Translations under genes and position numbers: made by a program
The notes under the pieces: generated by a model
Seen by the model: only the letters and a program-made list of their open reading frames with translations
Told to the model about the DNA's origin: nothing
The model's database searches: none
Origin: Chloroflexota bacterium
GTDB lineage: Bacteria; Chloroflexota; Limnocylindria; Limnocylindrales; Limnocylindraceae
Length of the DNA stretch: 33,080 bases
Assembly (NCBI GenBank): GCA_041177405.1
Contig: JBEDBF010000004.1
Coordinates: 1-33,080, forward strand
Reading direction: 5' to 3'
Shown: piece after piece, positions 1 through 8,847 of the stretch
How the letters are laid out: every line of letters begins with the position of its first letter
How positions within the stretch are numbered: the stretch's first letter is position 1

Positions 1-634
1 TGACGAAATCCGAGGTGACGTCAACAAACTCTCCCTTGCGCCCAAACAGCTGCAAGAATGTTGGGCCGACAACCGCCGAGCCATCAATACTGTGACAAGA
101 ACCACACGCATTCAGCTTGACGAGCGCCTCACCCTGTGCAGGCGACTCAATTTTGATCACGATGGGGGCTTCGATCGTGCCACCCGCCAGCGTGATCTGG
201 ATACCACTCCCCCAGTACGCACCGATCAGTGCGGTCATGCGATCACCATCGGCGCCGGCGAGTGGCGACTCCCCCGCGAGCGGCTCAACGGTAAGGCCGG
301 CGGCTCGCGCCTCGGGACCAAGATGTGCTGCAACGCCGCGCGCAGAGATGCTGATCAGTGCTGCGGCTCCATCAGGGAGTTCGCTCGCTGGGAGCTCGTC
401 AATGCTCGAGGGCGGAGTAAGCAACCTGGACGCTTCAATGTCTGCGCTTCGAAGGTCAACGTAGCCTGTGAAGAGCAGATTTGACTCTGTCGGAAGCGAA
501 TGAAATGCGGCGTGCGCCGCTTCACGAGCCTCGCCGCCTCCAAGGACACCTACAAGTCGCGAGACCTCTGTATCTGTTGCCCAACCAAGTGGGAGATCGG
601 CGAGCCCGCGCCGGGCGGGCGTAGCGGCACTCAC
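1..634 (-). CDS. sufD: SufD-like Fe-S cluster assembly protein, N-terminal part (open at window edge; last ~40 codons look like cytochrome c)
   Basis: Not in the ORF track; translated by hand. GTG start (634-632) overlaps the sufB stop (GTGA) and the frame has no stop down to base 2. It reads MSAATPARRGLADLPLGW...AFHSLPTESNLLF...DRMTALIGAYWGSGIQITLAGGTIEAPIVI, which parallels the SufB/D segment 'NKFAALNSAVWSGGSFVYVPKGVDVPLPL'. It lies directly downstream of sufB. Confidence 0.75.
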   Translation of the reverse strand, partial: MSAATPARRGLADLPLGWATDTEVSRLVGVLGGGEAREAAHAAFHSLPTESNLLFTGYVDLRSADIEASRLLTPPSSIDELPASELPDGAAALISISARGVAAHLGPEARAAGLTVEPLAGESPLAGADGDRMTALIGAYWGSGIQITLAGGTIEAPIVIKIESPAQGEALVKLNACGSCHSIDGSAVVGPTFLQLFGRKGEFVDVTSDFV

Positions 635-2034
635 CCGAGCGCCCCCTCCATCTCCAAGCGGATCAGGCGATTGAACTCAAGCGCATACTCCATTGGGAGC
701 TCCTTGGTGAAGACCTCGAGGAAGCCCTGGACGATCAGATTCGTTGCCTCGTTCTCGGTCATGCCGCGGCTCATCAGATAGAAGATCTGGTCGTCGGAGA
801 CGCGGCCCACGGTGGCCTCGTGACTCATGGAGGTGTCATCCTCTTGGATATCAATGTACGGATACGTCTCGGAGCGACTCCCCTCGTCAAGGATAAGCGC
901 GTCACAACGGACGCTGGTGGTGACGCCCGTAGCACCTGGGGCCACCTTGACGGTACCTCGATACGTTGAAACCCCACCATCCTTGCTCACAGATTTTCCT
1001 ACGATGCGACTCGTGGTGTTCGGTGCAAGGTGGACCGCCTTGGCGCCTGTGTCCTGATGTTGGCCCTTTGAGGCGACGGCGACCGAGACGATCTCTGCGT
1101 GTGCCTTCTCCCCGAGGAGGTAGATCCCTGGATACTTCATCGTGAGCTGTGCGCCGGTGTTGGCGTCAATCCACTCCACCGTTGCACCAGCATGCGCATG
1201 CGCGCGCTTGGTGACCAGGTTGTAGACGTCGTTCGACCAGTTCTGGATCGTGGTGTAGCGCACCTTTGCGCCAGGAAGCGCGATAACCTCAACGACCGCA
1301 ACGTGAAGCGAGTCGGTCGCCCAGTTCGGCGCGGTGCAGCCCTCGATGTAGTGGAGGCTCGCACCCTCATCTACGACAATGAGCGTGCGCTCAAACTGTC
1401 CGGTGTTCTGACCGTTGATGCGGAAGTAGGCCTGCAGTGGGAGTGGTACATCCACGCCCTTTGGCACGTAGACAAATGAGCCCCCAGACCAGACGGCGGA
1501 GTTCAGCGCGGCGAATTTGTTGTCTTCTGCGGGGACCACCGTGCCGAAGTACTTCTTGAAGATCTCTGGGTACTCCTTCATCCCTTGGTCGGTCCCCATG
1601 AAGACCACGCCGAGCTTCTGCAGATCTTCGCGAACGGAGTGGTAGACCACCTCGGAGTCGTACTGCGCACCTACGCCAGAGAGGAACTTTCGCTCCGCCT
1701 CGGGGATGCCGAGTCGCTCAAAGGTCTTCTTGATCTGATCGGGCACGTCATCCCACGACTTCTCTTCGCGCTCGGATGGCTTCCGGTAGTACACAATCTT
1801 GGAGAAATCGAGTTTGGTGAGGTCGCCACCCCAGTGCGGCATGGCGCGCGCTTCAAAGTGCTTATAGGCGCGAAGGCGGTACTCGAGCATCCATGAAGGT
1901 TCGTCTTTGGTTTCGGAGATCTCGCGGACGGTCGCCTCTGTGAGGCCCGCCTTCGTCTCGCGAAGGTAGGTGATGTCGTCGTGAAAGGCGTACTGCTCCC
2001 GTTCGTCTTGAACGTTCGGCTTGACGACTGTCAT
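631..2034 (-). CDS. sufB: Fe-S cluster assembly protein SufB
   Basis: 467 aa with GVGAQYDSEVVYH, FAALNSAVWSGGSF, GQFERTLI, YIEGCTAP, TTIQNWS, SHEATV and YLMSRG. AAGGAGG RBS upstream. Confidence 0.97.
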   Translation of the reverse strand: MTVVKPNVQDEREQYAFHDDITYLRETKAGLTEATVREISETKDEPSWMLEYRLRAYKHFEARAMPHWGGDLTKLDFSKIVYYRKPSEREEKSWDDVPDQIKKTFERLGIPEAERKFLSGVGAQYDSEVVYHSVREDLQKLGVVFMGTDQGMKEYPEIFKKYFGTVVPAEDNKFAALNSAVWSGGSFVYVPKGVDVPLPLQAYFRINGQNTGQFERTLIVVDEGASLHYIEGCTAPNWATDSLHVAVVEVIALPGAKVRYTTIQNWSNDVYNLVTKRAHAHAGATVEWIDANTGAQLTMKYPGIYLLGEKAHAEIVSVAVASKGQHQDTGAKAVHLAPNTTSRIVGKSVSKDGGVSTYRGTVKVAPGATGVTTSVRCDALILDEGSRSETYPYIDIQEDDTSMSHEATVGRVSDDQIFYLMSRGMTENEATNLIVQGFLEVFTKELPMEYALEFNRLIRLEMEGALG

Positions 2035-2060
2035 GACGCCTCCTTCGAGCTCACCGCGGA

Positions 2061-2090
2061 CCCGAGCACGAGATCAAAATCGTGTTCGGG
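2061..2090. terminator. Inverted repeat between the RND gene and sufB (terminator, RNA-stability hairpin or operator)
   Basis: CCCGAGCACGA-N8-TCGTGTTCGGG. No U-tract follows, so the role is uncertain. Confidence 0.4.
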
Positions 2091-2107
2091 AATCCCCCCT
2101 GATCGTA

Positions 2108-5100
2108 TCAGGAACGGGCGGGAGCCGAACCTTTGCGCGAGAGTGATGACTTCAACCCGTCAACCAGGCTGTAGACCACTGGCACGACGAGCAGCGTCAG
2201 CAGCGTCGAGGAGAGAAGGCCGCCGATGACGACCGTTCCGAGCTCCGCGGCAATGATCGAACCCTCGCTCGGCCCTGCAGCAAGCGGGGTGAGGGCGAGG
2301 ATGGTTGCAACCGCCGTCATGAGGATCGGACGAACGCGCGTCGCGCCAGCACGGAGGAGCGCCTCCTTCGTCGGCACCCCTTCGTGTCGCAGTTGCTCCA
2401 CACGATCGAGCAACACAATGGCATTGGTGACCACGATGCCGATCAGCATCAGGAATCCGATCAGCGCAGAGATACCGATCGGTCGATCCGTGATCAGAAG
2501 CGCCGGGAAGGCGCCGATCACCGCCAGCGGCAGGCTGAACATGATGACGAGCGGATCAACGAGTGAGTTGAAGACAAGCACCATCGTCAGGTAGACGAGC
2601 AGGATCGCCACCGCCATCGCGGTGAAGAGTCCGCTGAATGACTCGTTCTGCTGTTCGGTGACGCCGGCGAGCCGCACGTTGACGCGATCAAGCGATCCGC
2701 CCGCCTGGAGCTTCTCCACCGCACTCTTCACTTCGGCATTTACGGCACCCGTGTCGGCCACGGCGATCTCACCTGAGACGTTTGCCGCGAGCGACTGGTC
2801 GATACGTGTGATGCTCGATGTCACGGAGATCTCTTCCACCGTGGCGATCGCGGCGAGCGGCACCTTGGTGACACTCCCTACCTGATACGCACGCAGCGCA
2901 TCAAGATTCGTCATCAGCGAACTGTCGATTTTCATGGAGAGGCTGACCTTTTCTCCGTCCACTGAGATCTGACCGAGCGGCGCGCCAACCAGAAGGTTGC
3001 GCAGCTCCCCCGCTACCTGTGCGGCAGAGAGCCCAGCGGCGGCGGCTCGAGACGGATCAACGGTGATCTCAACCTGACGACCCGCCTTGACGAGATCGCT
3101 CTTTACGTTTGCAAGATTGTTGTTCTTTGAAAGCGTGTCCACAAGCACATCGGAGGCTGACTCAACATCAGAGGCACGCTCGCCAGTGATGATGATGGAG
3201 ATCGCGTTCGATCCCGCCGCAAAGCCAACCTCTTCCACGGTGACGGTCCAGCCGTCGGTTCCCACCGGGCTGAGGGTGTCATTGAGACGATCCTTCGCAA
3301 CGGCAAGATCTGTCGACGAGTCAAGGATCACCGTCATGCGGGCCGCGTTCGGAGCACGGCCGGTGATGGCGGCGGTGAGCGTCTGGCTCCCCGTTGCACT
3401 TTCACCTGGGATCGAGGTGGTCACAAGTTCAACCTCTGCGTCACGGTCAAGGAGTGCGTAGGCCTGACGACTGCGATCGAGGACGCGCTCCGTTGAGGTG
3501 CCGAGAGGCGGGTTCACCGTCACGGTGAGGACCTTCTCGCTTCCGCTATTCAGGAATTGCGTTGGGATCTGCGAGACGAGTGAGAACGCTCCCACAAAGA
3601 GCGCCGCGGAGATTGCGAGCGTCGCAAACTTCGTGATGCGACCGCGCAGGGCGAGACCAAGGAAAGGAAGGTAGATTCGGCCCCAGATCGAGATCTCCTC
3701 GCGCTCCCCCTTCACCTCATACGGGATCTTTGCGGTGTCGCCCTTCACCTTCACAAGGAAGTAGGCGAGCACTGGGATGACGGTGAGCGCAACGATGAGC
3801 GATGCGAGGAGCGCATACGTCACGGTCAGCGCAAACGGCAGGAAGAACTGGCTGATCAGGCCACCGACCACACCGAGTGGGAGGAAGACGGCGATCGTGG
3901 TGATGGTGGAGCTTGTGATCGCCGAAGCGACCTCGCGCGTTCCGCTGAGCACCGCCTCGCCGATCGGCTCCCCTTGGCTGCGGTGTCGGTAGATGTTTTC
4001 GAGCACCACAATCGAGTCGTCGACCACACGGCCAACGGCAACGGCGAGGCCACCGAGGGTCATGATGTTGATCGTGATCCCCGTGGTTGCCATCAGGATA
4101 ATGGCGGCGAGGACGCTCAACGGAATGCTCACCGCCGCAACAACGGTGGAGCGAAGGTTGAGCAAGAAGACAAAGATCACGACCACGGCAAAGAATGCGC
4201 CGAGGCCGCCCTCCTTTAGGAGCGCGTCAATCGACTCCAAGATGAAGATGGACGAGTCGGTGACAATGGAGCGCTCCACAACTTGCGAATGCTTGGCAAC
4301 GAACTCGTCGATCGCGGCAATCGAATCCTCTGCGGTCGTTACGGTATTCGCCTCGGCCGACTTGCTGACACTGAGTGAAAGGCCTGGTTCACCATTCGTC
4401 TCAGACCAACCCGTGGTTCGGACTTCGGCAAGCGAGACGGTGGCAACTTGTCCAAGGAGAACAGGTACGGGTTGCCCCGTTGCGTCCACTGATCCACCAA
4501 CCACCAACTGCTGCAACTGCTCAATCGACGTGAATCGGCCAGTCGCCGAGACTGGGACCAGGGCGCCGTCCACTGGAAGCTGGCCCGCTGGGAAGGTGAG
4601 GTTGTTTCCCTGGATGATCCCCTGCACCTGAGCGACGCTGATGCGCGCCGCGGCGAGCTTCGCCGCGTCCATCATGATGATCGCCTGTTGCTCGCTGCCG
4701 CCGGAGAGGTCCGCGGAAGAGACGCCTGCAACTCCCCGTAGAGATGGCATGAGCTCAGCCTCCGCGAGCTCAGCGAGCTCGGTCAGCGTCGTGTCGCCCT
4801 TCGGCGAGAGCGTGGCGATCACCACCGCCGCGGAGTTGATGTTGAAGTTGCGCACAACAGGGCTGACGCCATCGGGGAGATTCGCACTATTGATCCCCGC
4901 CTCAACGAGTCGGAGAATCTCCTTGACATCGCTCCCGTACGCGAACTCTGCACTCACAAAGCCAAGTCCGGTGGTGGAGACGGAGCGAAGCGACTCAACG
5001 CCGGGGACGGCGGCGACCGCCGCCTCGATCGGAGCCGCAACCTGCTCGGCGACGTCAGCGGTGCCAGCACCGGGATACGGTGCGATCACGGTCACGATGG

Positions 5101-5230
5101 GGAAGTCGATGTTTGGAAGGAGTTCCTGCTTCAGGCTCCCCCAGCTCGCCACACCGCCCCCAAAGACCGCAAGGGCGATCAGGATGGTGACACTTCGTCG
5201 TGCAACGGCGAGCTTTGTGAGGAAGAACAC
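2108..5230 (-). CDS. RND efflux permease (AcrB/SwrC-like, HAE1 family)
   Basis: About 1040 aa with ELLPNIDFP, GRVVDDSIVVLENIYR, GIVVTNAIVL and RVRPILMT. Start moved from the track's 5410 to the in-frame GTG at 5230, which follows GGAGG. Confidence 0.93.
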   Translation of the reverse strand: MFFLTKLAVARRSVTILIALAVFGGGVASWGSLKQELLPNIDFPIVTVIAPYPGAGTADVAEQVAAPIEAAVAAVPGVESLRSVSTTGLGFVSAEFAYGSDVKEILRLVEAGINSANLPDGVSPVVRNFNINSAAVVIATLSPKGDTTLTELAELAEAELMPSLRGVAGVSSADLSGGSEQQAIIMMDAAKLAAARISVAQVQGIIQGNNLTFPAGQLPVDGALVPVSATGRFTSIEQLQQLVVGGSVDATGQPVPVLLGQVATVSLAEVRTTGWSETNGEPGLSLSVSKSAEANTVTTAEDSIAAIDEFVAKHSQVVERSIVTDSSIFILESIDALLKEGGLGAFFAVVVIFVFLLNLRSTVVAAVSIPLSVLAAIILMATTGITINIMTLGGLAVAVGRVVDDSIVVLENIYRHRSQGEPIGEAVLSGTREVASAITSSTITTIAVFLPLGVVGGLISQFFLPFALTVTYALLASLIVALTVIPVLAYFLVKVKGDTAKIPYEVKGEREEISIWGRIYLPFLGLALRGRITKFATLAISAALFVGAFSLVSQIPTQFLNSGSEKVLTVTVNPPLGTSTERVLDRSRQAYALLDRDAEVELVTTSIPGESATGSQTLTAAITGRAPNAARMTVILDSSTDLAVAKDRLNDTLSPVGTDGWTVTVEEVGFAAGSNAISIIITGERASDVESASDVLVDTLSKNNNLANVKSDLVKAGRQVEITVDPSRAAAAGLSAAQVAGELRNLLVGAPLGQISVDGEKVSLSMKIDSSLMTNLDALRAYQVGSVTKVPLAAIATVEEISVTSSITRIDQSLAANVSGEIAVADTGAVNAEVKSAVEKLQAGGSLDRVNVRLAGVTEQQNESFSGLFTAMAVAILLVYLTMVLVFNSLVDPLVIMFSLPLAVIGAFPALLITDRPIGISALIGFLMLIGIVVTNAIVLLDRVEQLRHEGVPTKEALLRAGATRVRPILMTAVATILALTPLAAGPSEGSIIAAELGTVVIGGLLSSTLLTLLVVPVVYSLVDGLKSSLSRKGSAPARS

Positions 5231-5342
5231 AGAGACCTCCAGTAATTGTGTGCGGCTGCGGGGTTCCGGCGCCGTCCCCATTAGTATTGCGGATGCCTGC
5301 CGAATGCGCAGCGGGTGATGAGTTTGATTAAGGAGCGTAAAC

Positions 5343-5725
5343 ATGACGACGCGAACCGCTTCGGCAACTTGGAACGGCACCCTTCTCGAGGGGTCGGGCA
5401 CGATCACCACGGTGGAGAGTGGTGCATTCGGCGGACTTCCCGTCAGCTGGCCACGACGATCCGAGAGTCACGAAGGCGTCACCTCTCCAGAGGAGTTGCT
5501 AGCTGCGGCACACGCCTCCTGCTTCGCTATGGCGCTCTCGGGAGGTCTCGCGCGCAACAACACCCCTGCAGAGCGGTTGGATGTTTCGGCAACAGGTTGA
5601 AGGGAGTTGTCCCAGGATTAGACGCTGCGAAGTTCAGCGAGCTTGCTGAGGCGGCGAAGGGTGGTTGCCCTATCTCATCGGCACTCGCAGGAAACGTTGC
5701 AATCTCGCTGGAGATTGCGGGCTAG
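5343..5725 (+). pseudogene. osmC: OsmC-family peroxiredoxin, split by a frameshift/internal deletion near 5595
   Basis: The first frame (5343-5600, AAGGAG RBS) gives TSPEELLAAAHASCFAMALS...RLDVSAT. The C-terminus LKGVVPGLDAAKFSELAEAAKGGCPISSAL continues in another frame (5597-5725). The linking beta-hairpin appears to be missing. Confidence 0.8.
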
Positions 5726-5755
5726 GCGTCGCGGACTTGCTGCATCCGTGCGGCG

Positions 5756-7090
5756 TCAGCCCTGCTCGCGAACGGCACGAATCGCGTCGGCCGTCCCGCG
5801 CGCAATGCGATCGATATCCGTGTCGCCAATCACAAAGGGTGGGCCAATCACCAACTGATCGCCGTCGGTTCCATTGGCCTGACCGGTTGCGCTATAGAGG
5901 AGTAGGCCATCGCTTCCGCTCCCCTTTGCGGCGGCAAGCACCCGCTCGGTGACGCGTGCGGCGCGAGCGTGCGGCAGCTTGCTCGTCGCGTCGGCAACAA
6001 GTTCAACGCCGATCAGCAGTCCCCGCCCGCGAATCTCACCGACCCACGGTTCGCCTGCAAGCGCCGAATCGAGCGCGGCGCGAAGTTGCAGACCGCGTGC
6101 GGCTGAAGCCTCTACTAGTTGCTCCTCACGGAGGATCTTCAACACGGCACGAGCAACCGCGGCACCAGGAATGGAGTGACTGTACGTGAAGCCGTGCACA
6201 AAGCCCGAGGAGATCAGTGGCTCTGCAACGCGCGCCGAAACTGCGACGAAGCCGAACGGCCAGTATCCGCTCGTCGCCCCTTTCGCGGCAAGCAGGAGGT
6301 CAGGGTGCAGCCCCCAGTGATTGACGCCAAACCAGGTCCCCGTACGACCGAAACCCGTCATCACCTCATCGGCAACCAAAAGCACGTTGTTCCGCGAGCA
6401 CCAGTCGGCCACGAGTGGCCAGTAGTCATCCGGCGGCACTGCGCCCGCAAGCGTCGCGCCAGCGATCGGCTCTGCGACAAACGCGGCAATACGACCAGGT
6501 CCAACGCGACCGAGAAGCGCATCAAGCTCTGCGACCGCCTCTGCGCCACTACCTATGGCGCTCGCTCCGTCGAGTCCGGCGCGATACGGATACGCCGCTG
6601 AGACATGTTCGAATCGTCCGAGCCACGGCTCATACGGCGCGCGCAGTCCGCGTCTACCTGACAGATCAAGTGCGCCTAACGTATTCCCGTGATAACTCCC
6701 CCAGCGGCTCACCACAATCGTGCGCTCTGGCTCTCCCTGCGCCAACCAGTAGGCGCGCACCATCTTGAGTGCGGTCTCGGCCGCCTCTGAACCTCCTGAG
6801 ACGGGGTAGAGCGACGCACCATCCATTGGAAGGAGCGGACCGATCTCTTCAGCCCACGATTCGAGTGCATCCGCGGTGAACGCGCTCCCATGTGCATACG
6901 CAATCGCCGCCGCCTGATCTGCCGCCGCCTTCGCAACGTCGGCGCGCCCGTGTCCGATCCCAACAACGATCGCACCTCCCGCCGCATCGAGATAGCGACG
7001 TCCGGTCGCATCGGTAATCCAGGCGCCGCTTCCGCGAGCAGCGCGCGGGAGTGCTGCACCCCCGCGGCTAAAGATGTTCGCGTTAGACAT
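5756..7090 (-). CDS. Class III PLP aminotransferase (omega-amine/BioA-SpuC-like)
   Basis: GRRYLDAAGG, SGGSEAAETALK, SYHGNTLG, DEVMTGFGRTG and the PLP lysine in AAKGATSGY. ATG at 7090 preferred over GTG at 7096. Confidence 0.93.
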   Translation of the reverse strand: MSNANIFSRGGAALPRAARGSGAWITDATGRRYLDAAGGAIVVGIGHGRADVAKAAADQAAAIAYAHGSAFTADALESWAEEIGPLLPMDGASLYPVSGGSEAAETALKMVRAYWLAQGEPERTIVVSRWGSYHGNTLGALDLSGRRGLRAPYEPWLGRFEHVSAAYPYRAGLDGASAIGSGAEAVAELDALLGRVGPGRIAAFVAEPIAGATLAGAVPPDDYWPLVADWCSRNNVLLVADEVMTGFGRTGTWFGVNHWGLHPDLLLAAKGATSGYWPFGFVAVSARVAEPLISSGFVHGFTYSHSIPGAAVARAVLKILREEQLVEASAARGLQLRAALDSALAGEPWVGEIRGRGLLIGVELVADATSKLPHARAARVTERVLAAAKGSGSDGLLLYSATGQANGTDGDQLVIGPPFVIGDTDIDRIARGTADAIRAVREQG

Positions 7091-7098
7091 GCACACCC

Positions 7099-7890
7099 CT
7101 ACACATATGCGCCGCTCGGATCCAACTCTTCGCGAATGAGTCGCAACTCCTCAGCGGTTGGCGCTGGGGTTTCAGGAACGTTCGCTGGCACCTTAAGCTC
7201 CCAGCCAATGGTGGACTTCACCTCGTCAAGCGTTGCGCCCGGGTGGATGCTGCGCAACTCCATCTCACCATCACTGTTGAATCCGTAGACGGCAAGGTCG
7301 GTCACAACAACGGAAGGGCCGTTGCCGCCCCAGCCCTGCTCCTTGCGCAACGTTGCCGATGCGGCGGCACCGCCGAGATGTCCCGGTGAGGTGCGAAAGT
7401 CAAGCCTCCCCACAAAGCTCCGCGTGCTCTGGCGCATGATCACCATGATCTCTTTTGCATTGATCGCAATCTCGCATGCGCCGCCCGACCCTGGGAGGCG
7501 CGTCTTTGGTGTGGTGTAGTCGCCGATTACCGTTGTGTTCAAGTTGCCGTACTTATCGATCTGCGCGCCACCAAGGAAGCCAACATCGATACGGCCACCC
7601 TGGAGATAGAGGCCGAAGAGATCGTGCATTGAGACGGTTGCGGTGGAACCGGTGACAATGGTTGGATCGCCAATCGAGAGCGGTAGGCGCGCAGGGTTTG
7701 CACCAAAGACCCCCGCCTCGTAGACGAGCTCCATCTGAGGCGCGACCGTGCGCTTCGCGAGGTTCACGGCAATGTTCGGCAGCCCCACGCCCACGAAGCA
7801 GACGCGCTTCCCCTTTAGCGCGCGCGCCGCCGCCACAACCATCAACTCGTTGCGGCTAGCTGCCCTCTGCGCACTCATCTCCGCACTCAC
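7099..7890 (-). CDS. Family I CoA-transferase beta subunit (glutaconate/3-oxoadipate GctB/CatJ-like)
   Basis: FVGVGLP, LVYEAG (catalytic Glu), FLGGAQIDKYGNLNTT, LPGSGGACEIA and VVTDL. 4-bp overlap with the alpha subunit. Confidence 0.92.
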   Translation of the reverse strand: MSAEMSAQRAASRNELMVVAAARALKGKRVCFVGVGLPNIAVNLAKRTVAPQMELVYEAGVFGANPARLPLSIGDPTIVTGSTATVSMHDLFGLYLQGGRIDVGFLGGAQIDKYGNLNTTVIGDYTTPKTRLPGSGGACEIAINAKEIMVIMRQSTRSFVGRLDFRTSPGHLGGAAASATLRKEQGWGGNGPSVVVTDLAVYGFNSDGEMELRSIHPGATLDEVKSTIGWELKVPANVPETPAPTAEELRLIREELDPSGAYV

Positions 7891-8828
7891 CGGTAGTCAC
7901 CGTAATCAACGACACCTGACGGCGCGCTCGTTGGGGTGAGTCTCTTGAAATACGTTTCTCCAAACTTTGCAACGTACGCGGCGCGATCGGGAAGGTCGTA
8001 GACCCACTCCTTCAGCCAGGCCTCGGTGGCAACGGCGTCGCGGCTGATCGTGTCCCACTCGCGATAGAAGGCGTTGTCGCGATCGTATGCACCCTGCACA
8101 TATGAGGGGTGCGCGCCGTACGGCTCGTGCACCACCGCATCCACGATGAGCCCCGGAGCAATGGTGCGGTTCGGGTCAGCGCGTACCACGCTGGCTGGGA
8201 CGATCTCTTCCACCACGGCGATCACACGCTTCGCGGCAAAGGCAGCCTCCTTCTGGCATCCGAGGAGCCCCCACATCTGCACGTTCCCCTCTGCATCGGC
8301 GCGCTGCGCGTGAATGATGGCAACGTCGGGATTCAGTGGCGGCACCGCCCAAATCTTCCCGTCACCGTACGGACTCTCCACCTGCCGAATCAGCGGATTC
8401 ACCTGCGGTAGGTCGCTCTCCGAATAGGAGCGGAGTGGATAGAACGGAAGCCGGTGCGCACCCGCGACGTAGCGACCGACCATCCCGTGGTGGCTGTACT
8501 CCTCAATCTCAAGGAGCGACTCGCCCGCAGCGAGTGCGGCGGGCTCCGTTCGACGACGAATTGCGTGGAGCGACCCAACGCCAGGGTTTCCGAGCCAGCT
8601 GAAGATCAACTTCTTGGCGCATCCCGCCGCAACCATCTGGTCGTAGATGAGATCAGGTGTCATGCGGGCGAGCGTCAGGTTGCGACGCTTCTGGCGGATG
8701 ATCTCGTGTCCCGCAGCGAACGAGATGCAGTGGGTGAATCCTTCGATTGCAACCGTATCGCCGTCGTGGACGTGCGCGGCGATCGCGTCGCGCATGCTGC
8801 GGAGCTTGGATCCGGTCGCTCCGGACAC
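7887..8828 (-). CDS. Family I CoA-transferase alpha subunit (GctA/CatI-like)
   Basis: HDGDTVAIEGFTH, HEIIRQ, PDVAIIHAQRADAEGN and AHPSYVQGAYDRD. Confidence 0.92.
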   Translation of the reverse strand: MSGATGSKLRSMRDAIAAHVHDGDTVAIEGFTHCISFAAGHEIIRQKRRNLTLARMTPDLIYDQMVAAGCAKKLIFSWLGNPGVGSLHAIRRRTEPAALAAGESLLEIEEYSHHGMVGRYVAGAHRLPFYPLRSYSESDLPQVNPLIRQVESPYGDGKIWAVPPLNPDVAIIHAQRADAEGNVQMWGLLGCQKEAAFAAKRVIAVVEEIVPASVVRADPNRTIAPGLIVDAVVHEPYGAHPSYVQGAYDRDNAFYREWDTISRDAVATEAWLKEWVYDLPDRAAYVAKFGETYFKRLTPTSAPSGVVDYGDYR

Positions 8829-8847
8829 GCCGCGCTCCGCGGTGGGG

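Noticed and set aside
92-781. Plus-strand ORFs 92-484, 117-464 and 500-781
   Set aside because: They are antisense shadows of the sufD-like gene and sufB and have no protein motifs.
5231-5410. 60-aa N-terminal extension of the RND ORF
   Set aside because: It overlaps the divergent osmC. A GTG with GGAGG at 5230 gives a normal RND N-terminus.
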